From positions 37,798-101,797 of the forward strand of contig JANMHJ010000040.1 in the NCBI GenBank assembly GCA_031375105.1: a DNA stretch of 64,000 bases. The letters are read 5' to 3'. A program made the translations under genes and the position numbers. This DNA is from Variovorax sp. (lineage in GTDB: Bacteria; Pseudomonadota; Gammaproteobacteria; Burkholderiales; Burkholderiaceae_C). Positions 1 through 9,427 of this stretch are shown here, piece by piece; within the stretch, counting starts at the first letter, position 1; every line of letters begins with the position of its first letter. The notes beneath the pieces are model-generated. The model was not told the origin of the DNA. It did no database searches and saw only the letters and a list, made by a program, of their open reading frames with translations.

Positions 1-454
1 CTAGAAAGCCCACCGTGGGCGCAATGGCGATGCGCAGCGCTTGCGGCAAGATCACATGGCGCAGCTTTTCTGTGAACGAGAGCGAGAGCGAATCGCAGGC
101 TTCCCATTGGCCTTTCGGGATGGCCTCCACGCAGCCGCGCCAGATTTCCACAAGAAAGGCGCTGGTGTAGAGCGTGAGCGCCACAAAAGCGGCTGTCCAC
201 GCGCTGGTTTTGATGCCGAAGAGCGCGATGCCGAAATAGATGAGAAACAGCTGCATCAGCAAAGGCGTGCCTTGGAAGAGCTGCACATAGGCATTGACAA
301 ATCGCTTGAGCCACACGGAAGGCGACAGTCGAGTAAACAGCAAACCCAAGCCCACCAAACCGCCGCCCACGAAGGCCATGATGGAGAGCAAGACCGTCCA
401 CCTTGCAGCGAGCAGCAAATTGCGATTGATATCCCAAAGCGTGAATTCGACCAT
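1..454 (-). CDS. Polar amino-acid ABC transporter permease (partial; 3' end lies beyond window start)
   Basis: Minus-strand frame starting with ATG at 452-454 reads MVEFTLWDINRNLLLAA..., a typical HisQ/HisM-type permease N-terminus. No in-frame stop before position 1. Sits directly downstream of a second permease and the binding protein. Confidence 0.55.
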   Translation of the reverse strand, partial: MVEFTLWDINRNLLLAARWTVLLSIMAFVGGGLVGLGLLFTRLSPSVWLKRFVNAYVQLFQGTPLLMQLFLIYFGIALFGIKTSAWTAAFVALTLYTSAFLVEIWRGCVEAIPKGQWEACDSLSLSFTEKLRHVILPQALRIAIAPTVGFL

Positions 455-464
455 GACTCGCTTC

Positions 465-1184
465 TCAGAAAATGAAGCGCTGCCCAAGCCATTGCAGGAG
501 CTTGCGCAGCGCAATAGACAAGGCCAGATAAATCGCCGTGGCAATCAAGAAGGCTTCAAAGGCGCGGAAATTGCGACTTTGAATCAGGTTGGCGGCGTAG
601 CTCAATTCCTGCGTAGAAATTTGCCCGCAAACCGCTGAGCCCAGCATCACGATGATGATTTGGCTCACCAAGGCTGGCCAGACTTTGCGCAGTGCCGGTG
701 GCAACACCACGCGAAGAAAAATCTGCGCAGGGTTCAATGCCAAACTCTGTGCCGCCTCCAATTGCCCACGCGGCGTGACTTCAATCCCAGCGCGGATGAT
801 CTCGGTGGCATACGCGCCGAGATTGATCACCATCGCGATGATGGACGCCAGCTCCGGGCTGAGCTTGATGCCTGCTGCTGGCAAGCCAAAAAACACAAAG
901 AAAAGCTGCACGATAAAAGGCGTGTTGCGGATCAGCTCCACATAGGTGCCCGCAGCCAAGCGCATCCACGCTCTGCCATGCACCCGCGCCCACGCGCAAG
1001 CGATGCCCAACAACACGCCAATGACGGTAGAAACAGCGGTCAATCCCAAAGTCCAAGCCACGCCCTTGGCCAGCAACGGCCATTGCGAAAGCACAGCGCT
1101 GAAATCAAATTCGATCATGGGAGAACCGAGGTGGAAGGAGAGAGATATCTGCCCCAGCAGACACCGTGAATCTGGCTTTGCCAA
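465..1184 (-). CDS. Polar amino-acid ABC transporter permease (His/Glu/Gln/Arg/opine family)
   Basis: 239 aa multi-TM ORF with the binding-protein-dependent permease signature region (…ATEIIRAGIEVTPRGQLEAAQSLAL…). Adjacent to a family-3 binding protein. Confidence 0.8.
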   Translation of the reverse strand: MAKPDSRCLLGQISLSFHLGSPMIEFDFSAVLSQWPLLAKGVAWTLGLTAVSTVIGVLLGIACAWARVHGRAWMRLAAGTYVELIRNTPFIVQLFFVFFGLPAAGIKLSPELASIIAMVINLGAYATEIIRAGIEVTPRGQLEAAQSLALNPAQIFLRVVLPPALRKVWPALVSQIIIVMLGSAVCGQISTQELSYAANLIQSRNFRAFEAFLIATAIYLALSIALRKLLQWLGQRFIF

Positions 1185-1238
1185 TCCACGGATGGCACCC
1201 TCTGGGGGGCGACGGCCACTGGGCCGTCATGGGGGGAT

Positions 1239-2039
1239 TCAATTAGGCAGATCGCCCGCAGGACGGCCGAGCCACTTATTCGCCATCTTGTCGATGTCAC
1301 CATTCTTCTTGGCCTCAGCCAAAATTTCGTTGACTTTCAGGCGCAGTTTGTCCTCACCTTTGCCCACGCCAATGAAATTGGGGCTGTCTTTGAGCAAGAG
1401 CTTGTATTCGGTGTTGAGCTGGGGATTCTTGCCCATCATGTTGCCGGCCACGGATGCGCCCGTAGCAATCGCCTGCACTTGGCCAGCGACGAAAGCAGAT
1501 ACAGTTGCGTTGTTGTCTTCAAAGCGCTTAATGTCCGCCGTGGCTGGCGCAACCTTGGTGAGTTCTTGGTCTTCAATCGCGCCGCGCGTCACAGACACGG
1601 ATTTACCGGCCAAATCAGCAAAGCTTTTGACATTCAGGTTTTTCGCGGCAAACACAGCCTGGAAGAAAGGCGAATAAGCAGCGGTGAAATCAATCACCTT
1701 CTCGCGGTCTGGATTTTTACCGAGCGTGGAGATCACGAGATCAGCTTTTTTGGTTTGAAGATAAGGAATGCGGTTGGCGCTGGTGACGGCCACCAGCTCA
1801 ATGCCCACACCCATTTTTTGGGCGATGTAATTGGCCATGTCGATGTCCAGGCCTTGGGGCTTCAAATCGGTGCCGACGAAGCCGTAGGGCGGAAAGTCCG
1901 TCGGAATAGCAATCGTGATTTTCTTGGCTTTCATCACGTCATCAAGCGCGGTTTGCGCTTGGGCTGCGGTAATAGAAAGCAGGCTGGCTGCGGCCACGGA
2001 GGCCAACATCAGGGCTTTGAAAGAAATGCGTTTGTTCAT
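1239..2039 (-). CDS. Periplasmic polar amino-acid-binding protein (SBP family 3)
   Basis: Signal peptide MNKRISFKALMLASVAAASLLSITAAQA followed by an SBP_bac_3-like body. Start set at the ATG at 2037-2039, which has GGAG 5 nt upstream; the ORF-track start at 2075 is probably too long. Confidence 0.8.
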   Translation of the reverse strand: MNKRISFKALMLASVAAASLLSITAAQAQTALDDVMKAKKITIAIPTDFPPYGFVGTDLKPQGLDIDMANYIAQKMGVGIELVAVTSANRIPYLQTKKADLVISTLGKNPDREKVIDFTAAYSPFFQAVFAAKNLNVKSFADLAGKSVSVTRGAIEDQELTKVAPATADIKRFEDNNATVSAFVAGQVQAIATGASVAGNMMGKNPQLNTEYKLLLKDSPNFIGVGKGEDKLRLKVNEILAEAKKNGDIDKMANKWLGRPAGDLPN

Positions 2040-2148
2040 AGGTGCTCCAAAAAAGTGTATACAGTTTAGAAGCAAACTCCGTGCCAGAGCACCCTGATCG
2101 CGGGTGCAAACCTAGAGCATTCCCTAGCCTAAAGTTTCAAGAGAAAAC

Positions 2149-3135
2149 TCAATCGAGCTTGGCTCCCGATTTCTGCACTGCCGTAGCCCACTTTGGTAAT
2201 TCGGCGGCGATAAACTTGGCGAAGTCTTCTGAGCCCATGAAGGCCGGATCTGCACCTTGGCTGACCATGCGGTTGCGCACATCGGGCATGGCCAGCACTT
2301 GCTTGAAGGCGTCCGACAATTTGTCCACAATCGGCTTGGGTGTGCCCGCAGGCGCGAGAAAGCCATAGAAGCCGACCACCTCAAAATTCTTGGCCAGCTT
2401 GGTTTCCATCACGGTAGGCACATCGGGCAGGGCGGGGTTGCGCTCGCGGCTCGTGACAGCCAAGGCTTTGACCTTGCCTTGCTTGTGATACTGCGCCGCC
2501 TGCGGAATGCTCTCGGCCATGAATTGCACTTGGCCGCCGATCAAATCTTGAAACGCTGGCGCACTGCCGCGATAGGGAATGTGCACCATGAAGAGCCCCG
2601 TCTCGGTTTTGAACATCTCCGGCACCAGATGGCTGATGCCGCCATTGCCGGCTGAGCCATAGTTCACCTTGCCGGGATTGCTCTTGGCGTAGCTGACGAA
2701 TTCTTGAAGCGTGTTGGCTTTTACGCTGGGATTCACCAGCAGGGCGAGCGGCTGCATGGCGGTGCGCGCAATCGGCACGAAATCTTTCAAAGTGCCATAG
2801 GGCAGCTTGGAATACAGGCCGGGGTTGATCACCATCACGCCCGTGTTGGCCAGCATGATGCTGTAGCCATCCGGCGCAGACTTTTGTACATCTTGCGCAC
2901 CCACAATGCCGCCCGCGCCGGCTTTGTAATCCACGATGATGGGCTGGCCGAGCACGCTTTGCAATTTGTCTGTGAGCAAGCGTGCATGTTGATCGAGCGG
3001 GCCGCCGGCGGGGAAGCCGATCACCAAGCGGATGGGTTTGTTGGGATAGGCCGTCTGGGAATAGGCTGTTGGTAGCAGGCCAACAGTCGCCAAGGTGGCA
3101 GCAAGAAGAGTTTTCACAGAGGTGCGGGTTTTCAT
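2149..3135 (-). CDS. Bug-family (TctC-like) tripartite tricarboxylate transporter substrate-binding protein
   Basis: Signal peptide MKTRTSVKTLLAATLATVGLLPTAYSQ, then the PNKPIRLVIGFPAGG…DQHARLL…SAPDGYSIMLAN motifs typical of Bordetella/Comamonadaceae Bug proteins. Confidence 0.8.
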   Translation of the reverse strand: MKTRTSVKTLLAATLATVGLLPTAYSQTAYPNKPIRLVIGFPAGGPLDQHARLLTDKLQSVLGQPIIVDYKAGAGGIVGAQDVQKSAPDGYSIMLANTGVMVINPGLYSKLPYGTLKDFVPIARTAMQPLALLVNPSVKANTLQEFVSYAKSNPGKVNYGSAGNGGISHLVPEMFKTETGLFMVHIPYRGSAPAFQDLIGGQVQFMAESIPQAAQYHKQGKVKALAVTSRERNPALPDVPTVMETKLAKNFEVVGFYGFLAPAGTPKPIVDKLSDAFKQVLAMPDVRNRMVSQGADPAFMGSEDFAKFIAAELPKWATAVQKSGAKLD

Positions 3136-3158
3136 GGCGGTCAATAAGAGCAGATAAC

Positions 3159-4910
3159 ATGCATGATAGCCAGAACACACTATCCGAGACATTGGAGTTT
3201 TCCTTGGAATCCCACAAAAGCGCCGCACACTTTGCGCATTGGCCTGCTCGCCTGCCTCACAGCCTCACACCGCCTGCGGGCTCGCTGTGGAACAACCTGG
3301 CTGTCAACGCACTGCGCTACCCCGATAAAGCAGCGCTGCGTTTCTTTGATAGCTCGGTGAGTTATGCTCAGATGCTACAAAAAGCAGAGCAACTTGCGCA
3401 GGTTCTATGCCGGCTAGAGGCCAAAAAGGGCGAAAGAATCGTGGTCTGCATGCAGAATTGTCCGCAGTTGGTGCTCTCGCACTTTGCGATTCTTCGGCTG
3501 GATGCGGTGGTCGTTCCCGTGAACCCGATGAACAAGGCCGAGGAGCTCAAACACTACATCCTTGACCCCGATACGCGCATCGTGATCACCTCGGCAGATT
3601 TGGCGGCGGAGTGGGCGAGCGCATCCAATGCTTTGCCGCCAGAGCAGCGCTTGAAGCACTTGATCGTCACGCACATGAGTGATGGCTTTGGCGCAGAAGC
3701 AGAGAAAGACATGCCGCCCGCTTGGCGCGATTGGCTGCTCACAAAGCACGCAATGCCTATCATCGAAGGCGCGCAAACCTATACATGGGCTGATGTGATG
3801 TCAGCCCCATCCACGCAAGCTCTGCCGCCCGTGACAGCCACCAGCGAAGATCTCGCCATGCTGTCCTACACCAGCGGCACCACAGGCTTGCCCAAGGGTT
3901 GCATGCACACGCATGGTTCGCTCATGCACAACGCCGTGGCCAGCATTTTGTGGGGCAATGGCACTGCGCAAAACGTCACGCTGGCTGCCGTGCCGATGTT
4001 TCATATCACCGGTATGGTCAGCCTCATGCACGCTTCGCTGTATGCGGGCGCGACGCTGGTGATCATGCCGCGCTGGGATCGTGATTTGGCAGGGCGCTTG
4101 ATTTCGCGCTACAAAGTCACGCACTGGACGAACATTCCTACGATGGTGATTGATCTGCTCGCCTCGCCCAGCTTTGATCAATACGATCTGAGTAGCTTGG
4201 TGTATATCGGCGGCGGCGGCGCGGCCATGCCCCAAGCTGTGGCGCAGCGATTGTTGGAGCAATTTGGCTTGCGCTATGTGGAAGGCTATGGCCTCACTGA
4301 GACGGCCGCACCCAGCCACAGCAACCCCACAGATCGCCCCAAGCAGCAATGCCTAGGCGTGCCCTTCATGAGCTGCGATTCGCGCGTAGTCAATCCTGAA
4401 ACTTTGGAAGAAATGCCTGTGGGCGAGCAAGGTGAGATCGTGATGAACGGGCCGATGAATTTCAAAGGCTATTGGAAAAACGCTGAGGCGACCGCTAAAG
4501 CCTTTTTCGAGCGCGATGGCAAAGTGTTTTTCAGGAGCGGCGATTTGGGAAGAGTCGATGAAGAAGGCTACTTCTTCATCACGGATCGCTTGAAACGTAT
4601 GATCAACGCCAGCGGCTTTAAGGTCTGGCCAGCGGAGGTGGAGTCATTGATGTTCAAACACCCTGCGATTGCCGAAGCCTGCGTGATCGCTACCCGTGAT
4701 GCCTATCGCGGCGAAAGCGTCAAAGCCGTCGTCGTGCTGCGCAGCTCGCATGCAGGGCAGGTGAGCGAGCAAGATATCTTGCAATGGTGCCGAGACAATA
4801 TGGCGATTTACAAAGTGCCGCGTGTGGTGGAATTTGCTCAAGTCTTGCCTAAGAGCGGCAGCGGGAAGGTGATGTGGCGGCTGTTGCAGGAGAAAGAAAA
4901 GACTGCTTAA
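3159..4910 (+). CDS. Long-chain acyl-CoA synthetase / AMP-dependent ligase (FadD-like)
   Basis: AMP-binding motif YTSGTTGLPKGCMHTHGSL and a C-terminal ligase domain. Start placed at MHDSQ (3159), only 23 bp from the divergent TctC start, so the true start may be a few codons downstream. Confidence 0.75.
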   Translation: MHDSQNTLSETLEFSLESHKSAAHFAHWPARLPHSLTPPAGSLWNNLAVNALRYPDKAALRFFDSSVSYAQMLQKAEQLAQVLCRLEAKKGERIVVCMQNCPQLVLSHFAILRLDAVVVPVNPMNKAEELKHYILDPDTRIVITSADLAAEWASASNALPPEQRLKHLIVTHMSDGFGAEAEKDMPPAWRDWLLTKHAMPIIEGAQTYTWADVMSAPSTQALPPVTATSEDLAMLSYTSGTTGLPKGCMHTHGSLMHNAVASILWGNGTAQNVTLAAVPMFHITGMVSLMHASLYAGATLVIMPRWDRDLAGRLISRYKVTHWTNIPTMVIDLLASPSFDQYDLSSLVYIGGGGAAMPQAVAQRLLEQFGLRYVEGYGLTETAAPSHSNPTDRPKQQCLGVPFMSCDSRVVNPETLEEMPVGEQGEIVMNGPMNFKGYWKNAEATAKAFFERDGKVFFRSGDLGRVDEEGYFFITDRLKRMINASGFKVWPAEVESLMFKHPAIAEACVIATRDAYRGESVKAVVVLRSSHAGQVSEQDILQWCRDNMAIYKVPRVVEFAQVLPKSGSGKVMWRLLQEKEKTA

Positions 4911-4932
4911 ACTCCTGTTTTGATAGCACTCC

Positions 4933-4969
4933 GCGCAGGTTCTATGACGGCTAACCTGCGATTTTCTTT
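4933..4969 (+). terminator. Rho-independent terminator after the acyl-CoA ligase gene
   Basis: GCGCAGGTT…AACCTGCG hairpin (8-9 bp stem) followed by ATTTTCTTT. Confidence 0.5.
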
Positions 4970-5196
4970 AAATATTCGATAGTTTGTTCTGTCGCGCCAC
5001 CCGCTCATGTTGGCACGAGGTGTGCGATGTGCTGCGTGGCAATTCACCTCGCGCAGTGATTCTTGTAGCGTGCGAGTATGGTTTGCATCACCACCTAGAT
5101 TGGCGCACAACCTCTGTAGCGAGCGCGAATGGAACAGCCCCGCATCCCATCACCCACCTCGCACCATGTGGCTTGGTGGGTGTTTTGAGATTTAAC

Positions 5197-6087
5197 TCAC
5201 TGTAAGGCATCATTAATTTGCATAGACAAGTTGCTTTTGCCAATATTGCAGACCTCGCAAAGTGGTTGAAGATTTTCGAGCACAGTTTCTCCGCCCCTAC
5301 TCCAAGGCGTGATGTGATCAACATTAAGGACAACTCCTAGATGAGTTGCTGGAGATCTTCCACACGCACAGCATGCAAACCGGTCTCTGCGGTTTACAAG
5401 AAAACGAAGTCTCCAAGATGGATCGCGCTGAGTTTTGCGTTTTGATGGTTGTGGCGTTTGCTCGGCTTGCGTGGGGACGTATTCGTACCCATTGCTGCTT
5501 GTTGCAGGTTGCTCCATTGATAGCACAAAATTTTCGAGCGCACTTCGCCAAGAGCCAAAGCGTCGCACGTAAGAATGTGCAGATGCTTCAGACAAGAGCG
5601 CTGTCATGTCAGTTTTCTTTGGTTGCCGACCAAGCGACTCCCAAACTTTTGCTAGGTTGCTGAGTAATTCTTCATTAGATGCTCTTGGATGCCAGTTTTC
5701 AGATACTTTCAATCCAGCAGCTTCAAGTGCGATAGGCCATGACCCGAAAGCGCGTTGAATCGTAGCGACTGAGAACTTCCCAATAGGTGAATATTCGGTT
5801 CCAGAAAGAGTTTCTGTTTGAAGGCAGCTTGCAACGGAAATTAAGTCTGCCAGAAGCTCATGCTTTGGAATCGTCATCCGCTTCCCAACCAGCAGTCCGC
5901 TCAGTGCAAGAGCTTTGTTCCAAGAGTCAAAACGGTTCTGAATGGTAGCGGTTGAGAATCTGCCGTTTTCGTTGTATTCCGATTTTGTAAGCGTGTGCTT
6001 GCCAAGACGAGTTGCAGTTGCACGCATATCTTCTAGCAGAACCTCATTGGCACAGTCTCGATTGTCTGGTTCAAGTATGTAGTGCAT
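5197..6087 (-). CDS. Free-standing HNH endonuclease with N-terminal homing-endonuclease-associated repeats
   Basis: C-terminal HNH motif (CCACGRS…HLGVVLNVDHITPWSRGGETVLENLQPLCEVCN). Three N-terminal repeats of about 35 aa (…YNENGRFSTATIQNRFDSWNKALALSGL / …YSPIGKFSVATIQRAFGSWPIALEAAGL / …HSYVRRFGSWRSALENF). The gene lies in a roughly 47% GC pocket. Confidence 0.7.
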   Translation of the reverse strand: MHYILEPDNRDCANEVLLEDMRATATRLGKHTLTKSEYNENGRFSTATIQNRFDSWNKALALSGLLVGKRMTIPKHELLADLISVASCLQTETLSGTEYSPIGKFSVATIQRAFGSWPIALEAAGLKVSENWHPRASNEELLSNLAKVWESLGRQPKKTDMTALLSEASAHSYVRRFGSWRSALENFVLSMEQPATSSNGYEYVPTQAEQTPQPSKRKTQRDPSWRLRFLVNRRDRFACCACGRSPATHLGVVLNVDHITPWSRGGETVLENLQPLCEVCNIGKSNLSMQINDALQ

Positions 6088-6425
6088 GATGTTTACTGGT
6101 GCTTAACGAACTTGGATTTGATCTTATCAGTCGCTTGCCAACTAAACCGCAGGGCGTGATAGGCGTGGTCTGGATGGGCGGTGCGGCCATTCGCGCTCGC
6201 TACAGAGTTGGTGTGCAAACAAAGGTGGTGATGCCAATCCATTCAACGCGCTACAAAAGCATCTGCGCGCGGTGCAAACCGACCAGTCAGATCGCGCTCG
6301 CCATGCCAGCGGAATCGGGTCGCGTCAAACCGCCAAGAGTGCAAACAATGCAAAAAATCAGAACGGCAATTTAGGCCTATCACCATCTATTCGGGCAAGT
6401 CTTCTATGCCATCGAGCCCTAAAGC

Positions 6426-6614
6426 CTAACGCTTATCGCTGTTGTCAAACTTGTCTCGCGGCATTAAAAACATCGCCACGCCCAGCACGATCAATACCAC
6501 GGGCCACCACACGCGCAAGACTTCCAACATACTAAAGTTCAGCCAGCCTAGGTTGCTCACTAAAAACGCTGCGCCTACTAGGATCAGCACCAGCGCTGCA
6601 AAGTTGCCTCTCAT
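6426..6614 (-). CDS. Small two-TM membrane protein (62 aa), function unknown
   Basis: MRGNFAALVLILVGAAFLVSNLGWLNFSMLEVLRVWWPVVLIVLGVAMFLMPRDKF. ATG at 6612-6614 with GGAAGG RBS. The ORF-track start at 6695 is likely too long. Confidence 0.4.
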   Translation of the reverse strand: MRGNFAALVLILVGAAFLVSNLGWLNFSMLEVLRVWWPVVLIVLGVAMFLMPRDKFDNSDKR

Positions 6615-6693
6615 ATCTGTAGCCCTTCCGGTGTTGTCAGTAAAAATTATATTATTACTCAGTCTGCTCAAATTGTGCCAAGACCGCCAGAGC

Positions 6694-6810
6694 ACTCGGG
6701 GTGGATGGCGTAAGTAAAGGGGGAGGCGGCGTGATCACTTCACGGAAGACAAATCAAACCTTGATGCCGCCGGAGGACATGGAGCCATCCGCCCCGGGTG
6801 CTCTGGCGGG
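6694..6810. repeat. Long imperfect inverted repeat (about 24 bp arms, about 70 nt spacer) between ffh and the small membrane-protein gene
   Basis: CCGCCAGAGCACTCGGGGTGGATGG (6694-6718) is the near-perfect reverse complement of CATCCGCCCCGGGTGCTCTGGCGG (6787-6810). The interior holds a GTGATCAC palindrome. Confidence 0.5.
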
Positions 6811-6860
6811 CGTTTGAGCCAAGCAAAGGCCATGCACACACGGTTATTTTTACAAGCGTT

Positions 6861-8279
6861 TCAAAAAGGCAATTTAGGTATTCCACCGCCCATACCCGGC
6901 AGGCCTTTCATGCCTCCCATGCCTCCCATGCCTCCGAGTTTTTTCATCATCTTCATCATGCCGCCACCCTTCATTTTTTTCATCATGTCGCGCATTTGAT
7001 CGAATTCGTTGAGCAAGCGGTTGACTTCCTGAATTTGCACACCTGCACCTTGGGCAATGCGGCGCTTGCGGCTGGCTTTGGTTTTGCCATCAAACAAGAG
7101 GCTGGGATTGCGCCGTTCTTTACCACTCATGCTGTTGATGATGCCTTCCTTGCGGATGATGTCTTTCTCCGCGCGGTTCAAATCGGCCTCGGAGGCTTTG
7201 CCAGCGAGTTGGCTGGGGAGTTTGTCCATCAGGCTCGACAAACCGCCCATGTTTTTCATTTGCTGTATTTGCTCTAAAAAATCTTGCAAGGTGAAGCCGT
7301 CGCCGCTTTTGATCTTCTCGGCCATCTTCTGGGCAGCCGCCATGTCGACGTTGGCCGTGACTTGCTCGACCAAGGCGAGGATGTCGCCCATGCCCAGAAT
7401 TCGGCCTGCAAAGCGCTCGGCATCAAAAACTTCCAAACCGTCAATTTTTTCGCTCGTGCCGGCGAATTTGATCGGTACGCCAGTGATCTGTTTCACTGAC
7501 AATGCTGCGCCGCCGCGTGAATCGCCGTCGGTTTTGGTCAGGATGATGCCGGTCAGTGGCAGTGCATCTTTAAAAGCTTTGGCGGTGTTGATAGCGTCTT
7601 GGCCTTGCATGGCATCGACGACGAAGAGTGTCTCGATTGGATTCAAGATGCTGTGGAGCTCTTGAATTTCTTGCATGAGTTGCGCGTCAATCGCCAAGCG
7701 GCCAGCGGTGTCCACCAACAGCACGTCGAAATAATGATTCTTCGCATACAGAAGCGCGGCGCGGGCGATGTCGGCGGGTTTTTGATCAGGAGAGGATGGA
7801 AACCACTCCGCACCCGCCTGTGCCGTCACGGTTTTGAGCTGCTCAATTGCAGCGGGGCGATACACGTCGCCAGACACAGTGAGCACTTTCTTTTTGCGCT
7901 TGGTGATCAGGTGCTTGGCCAGTTTTGCGGTGGTGGTGGTTTTGCCCACACCTTGCAAGCCTGCCATCAGAATCACGGCAGGCGGCTGGGCGGCGAGATT
8001 GATGTCGCTCACGCCTTCGCCAATTGTTGTTACCAGCTCGCGGTTGACGATGCCCACCACCGCCTCGCCCGGCTTGAGCGAGCCCACCACCTCTTGGCCA
8101 AGCGATTTTTCTTTCACCCGTGCAATGAAATCGCGCACCACAGGCAGCGCCACATCGGCCTCCAGCAGCGCCATGCGCACCTCGCGCAGCATGTCGGCCA
8201 CGTTGGATTCGGTGATGCGGGCCTGCCCGCTCATCGTTTTGACGAGTTTTGACAGGCGTTCGGAAAGGGCTGAGGCCAT
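6861..8279 (-). CDS. ffh: Signal recognition particle protein Ffh
   Basis: NG-domain GTPase motifs (GLQGVGKTTT, DTAGR, TKTD) and a Met-rich M-domain with GGMGG repeats at the C-terminus. Confidence 0.95.
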   Translation of the reverse strand: MASALSERLSKLVKTMSGQARITESNVADMLREVRMALLEADVALPVVRDFIARVKEKSLGQEVVGSLKPGEAVVGIVNRELVTTIGEGVSDINLAAQPPAVILMAGLQGVGKTTTTAKLAKHLITKRKKKVLTVSGDVYRPAAIEQLKTVTAQAGAEWFPSSPDQKPADIARAALLYAKNHYFDVLLVDTAGRLAIDAQLMQEIQELHSILNPIETLFVVDAMQGQDAINTAKAFKDALPLTGIILTKTDGDSRGGAALSVKQITGVPIKFAGTSEKIDGLEVFDAERFAGRILGMGDILALVEQVTANVDMAAAQKMAEKIKSGDGFTLQDFLEQIQQMKNMGGLSSLMDKLPSQLAGKASEADLNRAEKDIIRKEGIINSMSGKERRNPSLLFDGKTKASRKRRIAQGAGVQIQEVNRLLNEFDQMRDMMKKMKGGGMMKMMKKLGGMGGMGGMKGLPGMGGGIPKLPF

Positions 8280-8365
8280 GATGGATATTGCTGGTTGGCA
8301 GGCCGCTTGCGCAGCGCTTGCAGAGGTAAACTAGAAGCCATGATTTTATCCAGTAGTTCCTCAAC

Positions 8366-9160
8366 GTGAATTCAGCCGCTTGGTTTTGGGTGCTAGCCGC
8401 CGTGGCCTTGGTGGCGTATGCCCTGCCTGCGCTGATGAAAGCGCCTAAGCCGCAGGCTGTGGCCAGTAGCTTGGCTGTGGCTTGGGGTGCGCACGGCTTG
8501 GTGCTGGGGGTGGCTTTGTTTTCCGGGCGTTTTGGCTTTGGGCCAGCGCTCTCGGTGATGGCCTGGCTGGTGCTCACGGTGTATGCCGTGGAAAGCCGCC
8601 TCTATCCGCAAATGCAAAGCCGCCGGGCTTTGGCAGCGCTGGGCGGCTTGGCTTTGCTGATCGGGCTTGTGTTTCCAGGCGCTTCTCTTGATGCAAAGAC
8701 TTCGATCTGGCTGCCTTTGCATGGTGCGTTTGGCGTGGCAGCGTATGGTTTGCTGGCTGTGGCCACGGTGCATGCTTGGCTGATGCGTCGCGCGGAGGAG
8801 CACATGCGTTCAGCGCAAGGCGCGGCGGATGCCGGCGTGGGCTTGCCCTTGATGACACTGGAGCGCTTGATGCTTGGCTTTGTTTTTGCAGCATTTGTGT
8901 TGCTCACGGGCACGCTGCTTGCGGGGTGGCTGTTTGGCGAGGATTTGTATGGCCCGGGCAAAGCTTGGTCGTGGAATCACAAAACGATTTTTTCTGTACT
9001 GGCTTGGGGCGTGATGGCAGCGCTGCTTGTGGGGCGCTGGCAATGGGGCTGGCGCGGCAAGCGGGCGGCACGCTTTGTTTATGGAAGCGCCTTGCTTTTG
9101 TTGCTGGCTTATGTGGGCTCACGCTTCGTGCTAGAAGTTTTCCTCCAACGCACGGTTTGA
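8366..9160 (+). CDS. Cytochrome c assembly family inner-membrane protein (CcsA/YpjD-like)
   Basis: 8-TM protein with a Trp-rich C-terminal region. The arrangement divergent from ffh is conserved for ypjD-like genes. Confidence 0.75.
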   Translation: MNSAAWFWVLAAVALVAYALPALMKAPKPQAVASSLAVAWGAHGLVLGVALFSGRFGFGPALSVMAWLVLTVYAVESRLYPQMQSRRALAALGGLALLIGLVFPGASLDAKTSIWLPLHGAFGVAAYGLLAVATVHAWLMRRAEEHMRSAQGAADAGVGLPLMTLERLMLGFVFAAFVLLTGTLLAGWLFGEDLYGPGKAWSWNHKTIFSVLAWGVMAALLVGRWQWGWRGKRAARFVYGSALLLLLAYVGSRFVLEVFLQRTV

Positions 9161-9184
9161 TACCTCGTTTTTGAAAGATTCCGT

Positions 9185-9427
9185 TTGAAATACGCTGTTG
9201 TTATTTTGGTTGTGCTGCTGGGCGTATGGTTGTGGCGCAAGAATCGCGCGGATGACCGGCGAGAAGCTGTCAAACCGCCCGCGCGCAAGGATTCGGTGCA
9301 GCCCAGTCAACCGCAGATCATGCTCAGTTGCGCAGTCTGTGGTGTGCATTTCCCAGAGAGCGACGCTATTGTGGGCAAGAAGAATCATTACTGTAGCCTT
9401 GCGCATCGCAAGCAGCGAGAGCCTTGA
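9185..9427 (+). CDS. PP0621-family small protein (TM helix plus C-terminal zinc ribbon)
   Basis: MKYAVVILVVLLGVWLWRKN…CAVCGVHFPESDAIVGKKNHYCSLAHR. Sits immediately upstream of PilS/PilR-like genes, as is typical for this family. Confidence 0.65.
   Translation: MKYAVVILVVLLGVWLWRKNRADDRREAVKPPARKDSVQPSQPQIMLSCAVCGVHFPESDAIVGKKNHYCSLAHRKQREP

Noticed and set aside
2982-3158. 59-codon N-terminal extension of the acyl-CoA ligase ORF
   Set aside because: It would overlap the divergent TctC coding sequence. The extension is Arg/Gly-rich and unlike ligase N-termini.
6690-6815. Possibility that the long hairpin downstream of ffh is the SRP (4.5S) RNA
   Set aside because: It lacks the conserved domain-IV motif (GGUCCGGAAGGAAGCAGCC-like symmetric loop with GGAA tetraloop). 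ffs is normally not linked to ffh.
6798-7277. Plus-strand ORFs inside ffh (159 aa, and the 61-aa PPMPPMPP ORF)
   Set aside because: They are antisense to the Met/Gly-rich M-domain repeats of Ffh. Repeat-driven open frames, not genes.
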